Assembly (NCBI GenBank): GCA_046541015.1
Contig: JBKHEA010000004.1
Location: 1 to 64,000 of the forward strand
DNA length: 64,000 nt
Origin: Candidatus Izemoplasmataceae bacterium
Lineage (GTDB): Bacteria > Bacillota_I > Bacilli_A > Izemoplasmatales > Izemoplasmataceae
Direction of reading: 5' to 3'
Position numbers and translations under genes: made by a program. Below are positions 59,474 to 64,000 of the stretch, one piece after another (within the stretch, counting starts at the first letter, position 1; each line of letters begins with the position of its first letter). A model generated the notes under the pieces. It made no database searches. It was not told where the DNA came from and saw nothing but the letters and a program-made list of their open reading frames with translations.

Positions 59474-61363
59474 CTATTCAGCATCAATTCGTAATAACAA
59501 TGTTTCAGTGATTTCAAAATCATTAGTCATATCGTGTGAAGTGATGGCTTCATTTGATATTAAGAACAAGTAATCTCCAACATAAACAGCACGACGTACA
59601 CTAAAATTATAATTGTAATAGCCATAGTAATAGTCACTATTATCAAACGAATCTTTGTAGGTTTGATAAAGATCGAAATGACTCAATACTTTTTCAATTG
59701 TAATTGGTGTATCACTTTCTTCATCAATAGTGAAGATCATATAATCATCAGTATTTTTAAATTCATCGCTATAATAATAGTAGCGAGCAATATTAAAGCC
59801 GATAAATCCTTTTTCTTTTGCGACTAAGATTGCTTTGTGATTATGTAACGCTTCACTGTATTGCCACTGTGAATCGTTACTTAATAAAAGCGATTCTCCA
59901 ATTTCAACGGGCATCTCAGGGTTGCTTACATCATAAAGGGCTAATTTTAATCCTAAAGTTTGCCCAGTCTCACTAGCATCATAGCCAATACCAATCACCG
60001 TATCAGTACCCCATGGTTTTTGGTAAGTACTAAAACCAGTAATTTCAAGTTCGCCACTGATGAATGGATTTTCTGGATCACTTAGATCAATCACATAAAA
60101 TGGATCTGTGATTTCAAATGTTACAACGGTTGCACGTGTCCCATTAAAACTTACAGAACGAACTGATTCTCTAGGTTTACCAAGACCTTCAAAAATACTA
60201 CCAACAATTGATAAACTTCGTTCACCCGAATCATTTTCATTGCGTCTAAAGACATATAGACGGTTTTTGGTATCATCGCCCCATCCTTCAGTGGTTACCA
60301 ATCTAAAATGGCCATCATAAACATCCATCGCAAACTGATTAATCACATTACCTTGGAAATATCCTGACCCACCAAATTCTAACCCTTCTTCATTAAAAAT
60401 ATAACTGACTAATAACCCATTAGGTTTTGATTCGCCAAACACAGAAAAATCATAATAGGTTGTAGCAATATAAATCTCTTCAGTATTAATATAAATATTA
60501 CTCCACCAACCAGATCCTAAAAACACTTCGGTTTCAATGGTGTTGGTTGAATCTAGTAAAATACTTGTAATCATCACAAAATTATTATAACTTGTATCAG
60601 GAATATATTTGATATCTTCATAATCCACAACGCTTATGTCTTCATTTTCTTTTACATAAGGACGAGGGTCTATATCTTCATGTAAAAAAACACTCATGTT
60701 AGATATAAAAATTAATTGATTATCTATCAAACGTGATGTCATCAAGTAACCACTAATTTCAAAAGTATCTTTTAAAGTATAATCATCTCGATTATAAATT
60801 TCAACAAAGGTTGCACTATTGCCATACCCATAATAGTAATCATCTGTAGTTATACCATCTTCTATAACAGAGCCATCATTAGTAAAATAAGTATACTCAT
60901 AATGATAACCAATCGCAATAATATAATCATCAGTTAAATATAAATCAGTATAATAAGCATAAGCTAAATCCATTGCGGATTGCATAATGATTTCCATTTG
61001 TCCATCTTCTAATACTCTTATGACATTGAGTCTATTATCAGCGATAGTGATAATAATATTACCATCTGTTTTAACAATATCTCCTTCATCCACCCCATCA
61101 ACTTGAACATTCGTTGATGAGTGATCACTTGATTCATCCCCACCACTAGAATCATCAACGCCATCAGCTTCCATTTGTGGCGATAAACGATCAAATAACC
61201 AATTTGTTTTATTACTATCATTAATCAAGCGCGTGAGTTCTTCATAGTCTTTAACTTGTGCTAAACCAAAATCTTCATCATCCTTTAAAGGTCGGTTGCC
61301 TTGACAAGCACTCAATAACAAAACACTTAAAAAGATTAAACCAAAGCTAACAATTTTTTTCAT
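59474..61363 (-). CDS. Lipoprotein, probable secreted beta-propeller domain protein
   Basis: Lipobox LLLSAC after MKKIVSFGLIFLSV; Tyr/Gly/Asp-rich repetitive beta-strand segments. Start moved to ATG 61363 because the AAGGAGG ribosome-binding site lies inside the ORF the track begins at 61393. Confidence 0.45.
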   Translation of the reverse strand: MKKIVSFGLIFLSVLLLSACQGNRPLKDDEDFGLAQVKDYEELTRLINDSNKTNWLFDRLSPQMEADGVDDSSGGDESSDHSSTNVQVDGVDEGDIVKTDGNIIITIADNRLNVIRVLEDGQMEIIMQSAMDLAYAYYTDLYLTDDYIIAIGYHYEYTYFTNDGSVIEDGITTDDYYYGYGNSATFVEIYNRDDYTLKDTFEISGYLMTSRLIDNQLIFISNMSVFLHEDIDPRPYVKENEDISVVDYEDIKYIPDTSYNNFVMITSILLDSTNTIETEVFLGSGWWSNIYINTEEIYIATTYYDFSVFGESKPNGLLVSYIFNEEGLEFGGSGYFQGNVINQFAMDVYDGHFRLVTTEGWGDDTKNRLYVFRRNENDSGERSLSIVGSIFEGLGKPRESVRSVSFNGTRATVVTFEITDPFYVIDLSDPENPFISGELEITGFSTYQKPWGTDTVIGIGYDASETGQTLGLKLALYDVSNPEMPVEIGESLLLSNDSQWQYSEALHNHKAILVAKEKGFIGFNIARYYYYSDEFKNTDDYMIFTIDEESDTPITIEKVLSHFDLYQTYKDSFDNSDYYYGYYNYNFSVRRAVYVGDYLFLISNEAITSHDMTNDFEITETLLLRIDAE

Positions 61364-61510
61364 TATAAAGACCTCCTTATAAATCATTTTCATTATATAA
61401 AAAAATTACAGATAATAAAATGATTTTAAACATGTTGCATATTACGCTAAATAAGATGCTGAAAGCTAGTCAATTTATGGTACAATAAACCTAGAAATAT
61501 AGGTGATAAA

Positions 61511-63253
61511 ATGGGTAATATAAGACAATTAGATGAAAAATTAGCCAATATGATTGCAGCCGGTGAAGTGGTTGAAAATATGGCCAGTGTTGTAAAGGAA
61601 TTACTAGAAAATGCACTCGATGCAAACAGCACAGAAATTGAAATTCAACTCGAAGATTATGGCTTAAAAACGATTAAAGTCATTGATAATGGTTGCGGGA
61701 TGGACCGCGACGATTTACACATGGCTTTTAAGCGTCATGCAACGAGTAAAATCAAGACTCACCATGATTTATTCCATATTGCAACGTTAGGCTTTAGAGG
61801 CGAAGCTTTACCAAGTATTGCAAGTGTATCGACGTTAACCATTGAATCTTCAGTTGATGGCGAACAAGGCCATAAAATCACGATAAAACAAGGCGAAATG
61901 ATTGAAGATGCAATTAGTGTTGCAAGAAAAGGGACAGCCATTACAGTAAGTAAAATTTTTTATAATACCCCAGCTAGATTAAAACATTTAAAAAGTGAAA
62001 CAAGAGAACTTTCTTTTATTGTTGATTATGTGAATAAAATTGCGCTAGCGCATCCTTTTGTACGCATTCATTTAACCCATAATCAAAAAACCATCTTACA
62101 AACTCCAGGTGATGGCGATATACTAAAAATCATTTATCAGATTTATGATTTAGATATTGCTAAAAATATGCTGGCATTTGAAAATAAGAACGCCTATTTT
62201 AAAATTAAAGGGCTTACCGCAAAATCACATCTATATCGCTCAAGTAAGCAACACATCACCCTCGTTGCCAATCAACGCTTAATTAAAAATCAAAAAGTAT
62301 CTTTAGCTATCTCAGAAGCTTACAAATCCTATTTGCCAATTGGTAAGTATCCTATTACTTATTTAGAAATTACCGTTGATCCTTTATTAATTGATGTTAA
62401 CATTCATCCACAAAAATTAGAGATTAAGTTTTCTGAAGAATATAGTTTAATTGAGCTTATTAAAACAACCATCCAAAAACGCTTAAGAAACGAAAACTTA
62501 ATTCCTAGGGTTAAACCTAAAGAAACATCCTTCGATAAAAACTACACTCAAGAACCTTTAGTATTTTCATATGAAAATGCTTTAGAAGATTTAGGCAATC
62601 AAGATCTTTTTATAGAGGAATCAAAAAAATTTGAAAAACCACTTCAAGAAGATTCGTTAAATGCACAAACTGCCTTACCTGATATGGAATATATCGGACA
62701 AGCATTAGGAACCTATTTGCTATTTCAAAACTATGAAGGATTTTATATGCTAGACCAACATGCTGCCGCAGAACGTATTCGTTATGAAAACTATTTAGCG
62801 CACATGGCAAAAAAAACCACAACTTCAAAGCCACTCTTAGTCCCATTTAAAATTTCTTTATCAAGTGATGAAAAAGTAGCTTATAACTTATATGGTCAAA
62901 CCTTAGAAGATTTTGGTATTAAAGCGACACTTTCCCAAAACAACTTATTAATTAACGAGATACCTACTTGGTTTTTAGATGGTCATGAAGAAGATTATAC
63001 TGAGATTATAATTAAGCATGTTCTTTTAGAAGAAACGATTGAAAAAGATACCTTAGTAAACCAGCTTGCAATTGACTTAGCCTGCAAGCATTCGATTAAA
63101 GCCAACCAGTTTATAAGAAAAGAAGAAGTCGATGCAATTATGAAAGACCTAAATAAAACTAAAAACCCATACCACTGCCCTCATGGAAGACCAACCCTTA
63201 TTCATTTTACAAAAGAAGAACTTGAAAAGCTCTTCAATAGGATTCAATCATGA
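61511..63253 (+). CDS. mutL: DNA mismatch repair protein MutL
   Basis: IRQLDEKLANMIAAGEVVE and the GHKL ATPase motifs. Confidence 0.92.
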   Translation: MGNIRQLDEKLANMIAAGEVVENMASVVKELLENALDANSTEIEIQLEDYGLKTIKVIDNGCGMDRDDLHMAFKRHATSKIKTHHDLFHIATLGFRGEALPSIASVSTLTIESSVDGEQGHKITIKQGEMIEDAISVARKGTAITVSKIFYNTPARLKHLKSETRELSFIVDYVNKIALAHPFVRIHLTHNQKTILQTPGDGDILKIIYQIYDLDIAKNMLAFENKNAYFKIKGLTAKSHLYRSSKQHITLVANQRLIKNQKVSLAISEAYKSYLPIGKYPITYLEITVDPLLIDVNIHPQKLEIKFSEEYSLIELIKTTIQKRLRNENLIPRVKPKETSFDKNYTQEPLVFSYENALEDLGNQDLFIEESKKFEKPLQEDSLNAQTALPDMEYIGQALGTYLLFQNYEGFYMLDQHAAAERIRYENYLAHMAKKTTTSKPLLVPFKISLSSDEKVAYNLYGQTLEDFGIKATLSQNNLLINEIPTWFLDGHEEDYTEIIIKHVLLEETIEKDTLVNQLAIDLACKHSIKANQFIRKEEVDAIMKDLNKTKNPYHCPHGRPTLIHFTKEELEKLFNRIQS

Positions 63254-64000
63254 TCTATGTGATTGTTGGGCCAACCGGTGTTGGGAAAACTGCTTTATCG
63301 ATTGCGCTTGCTAAAGCACTTAATACAGAGATAATATCGTGTGATAGTATTCAGATATATAAAGGCTTAAATATAGGCAGTGCTAAAATCAAACCTAGTG
63401 AACAATCAGGTATTAAACATTATATGATTGATATCTTAGAACCGACTGAAGCCTTTAGTGTTGCTCAATATCAACATGAAGTTAGGGCATTAATCGATGA
63501 ATTTATCGAAAAAGGTAAAACCCCTTTATTAGTTGGCGGTACTGGCTTTTATTTAAAAAGCGTTTTACATAATTATAATTTTGATCAAAGTCATCGTGAC
63601 CTTGATTTTGAAGCCTCTTATGACCTTGTTTCTAATATAGAGTTATTTGAGTATTTAAAAAGACTAGACCCAGCATCAACCAATAAACTTCATCCTAATA
63701 ATCGTAAACGTGTCTTACAAGCACTATATAGAGCAAAACAAGGCGTTAAAATTAGTGATCAAAACAAAGGTCATGAGAAATTATATGATTATACCATGAT
63801 TGGTTTAACAATGCCAAAAGAGCAATTATATCAACGAATCAATGAACGCGTAGATGCAATGATTGGTGAAGGATTAATTGAAGAAGTTAGATCACTTTAT
63901 GATAGGGGCATTAAAAACCAAAGCATTGAAGCGATTGGTTATAAAGAACTGTATGCGTATTTTGAGGGTCTAATCAGTTTAGAAGAAGCAATCACAACGA
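63250..64000 (+). CDS. miaA: tRNA dimethylallyltransferase (truncated by the window end)
   Basis: IVGPTGVGKTALSIALAK P-loop and CDSIQIYKGLNIGSAK. Confidence 0.9.
   Translation, partial: MIYVIVGPTGVGKTALSIALAKALNTEIISCDSIQIYKGLNIGSAKIKPSEQSGIKHYMIDILEPTEAFSVAQYQHEVRALIDEFIEKGKTPLLVGGTGFYLKSVLHNYNFDQSHRDLDFEASYDLVSNIELFEYLKRLDPASTNKLHPNNRKRVLQALYRAKQGVKISDQNKGHEKLYDYTMIGLTMPKEQLYQRINERVDAMIGEGLIEEVRSLYDRGIKNQSIEAIGYKELYAYFEGLISLEEAITT

Noticed and set aside
1-64000. Search for tRNA, rRNA, CRISPR arrays, IS elements or prophage genes
   Set aside because: Reading both strands showed no tRNA-like acceptor or T-arm pairs and no regularly spaced direct repeats. No transposase, integrase or phage structural genes were seen. 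The only GGTGGTACCGCG-like motifs belong to the two T-box leaders.

Overview
The window is a 64-kb stretch of a low-GC (about 30%) Firmicutes/Mollicutes-like chromosome, possibly Acholeplasma- or Erysipelotrichia-like. It uses the standard genetic code: TGA is used as a stop, for example at 5431-5433. Most of it is densely packed core genome, and several blocks keep the Bacillus gene order. One block is ruvX-DUF1292(yrzB)-yrrM-yrrN-yrrO-greA-mtnN. A second is yqeG-yqeH-yqeK-rsfS-yqeM-comEA-comEC-holA-rpsT, a third pgsA-recA-rny-nudix-ymdB, and a fourth miaB-ricA-X-mutS-[lipoprotein]-mutL-miaA. Other housekeeping genes identified include glsA, a lower mevalonate pathway operon (mvk-mvaD-pmk-fni), tsaC/sua5, nfeD-floT, osmC, ppa, uppP, ptsH, trpS, pepF, spx, gap, pepP (M24), a Ca-type P-type ATPase, recD2 and alaS. 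No rRNA, tRNA, CRISPR or IS elements were seen. The only clearly accessory material is at the left edge (1-4 kb): a type IV AbiEi/AbiEii toxin-antitoxin cassette and an LRR lipoprotein. The AbiEii toxin is cut by one in-frame TAA, and the cassette is bracketed by roughly 50-bp promoter-like direct repeats with an 18-bp perfect palindrome. The best candidate for an undescribed system is a TctB/TctA-like two-component permease that is translationally coupled (TAATG overlap) to the lower mevalonate pathway operon, suggesting a mevalonate or hydroxy-acid importer. Other items worth a second look are a membrane-anchored, active-site-dead EIIB(Glc)-like protein directly upstream of HPr, a tail-anchored protein with two HeH/SAP-like motifs at the cotE position, a beta-propeller lipoprotein gene splitting mutS from mutL, two unannotated T-box leaders (trpS with a UGG specifier, alaS with a GCU specifier), and an Spx with a Cys-rich C-terminal extension. 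All calls come from reading the translated ORFs and the DNA by eye; no database searches were run.
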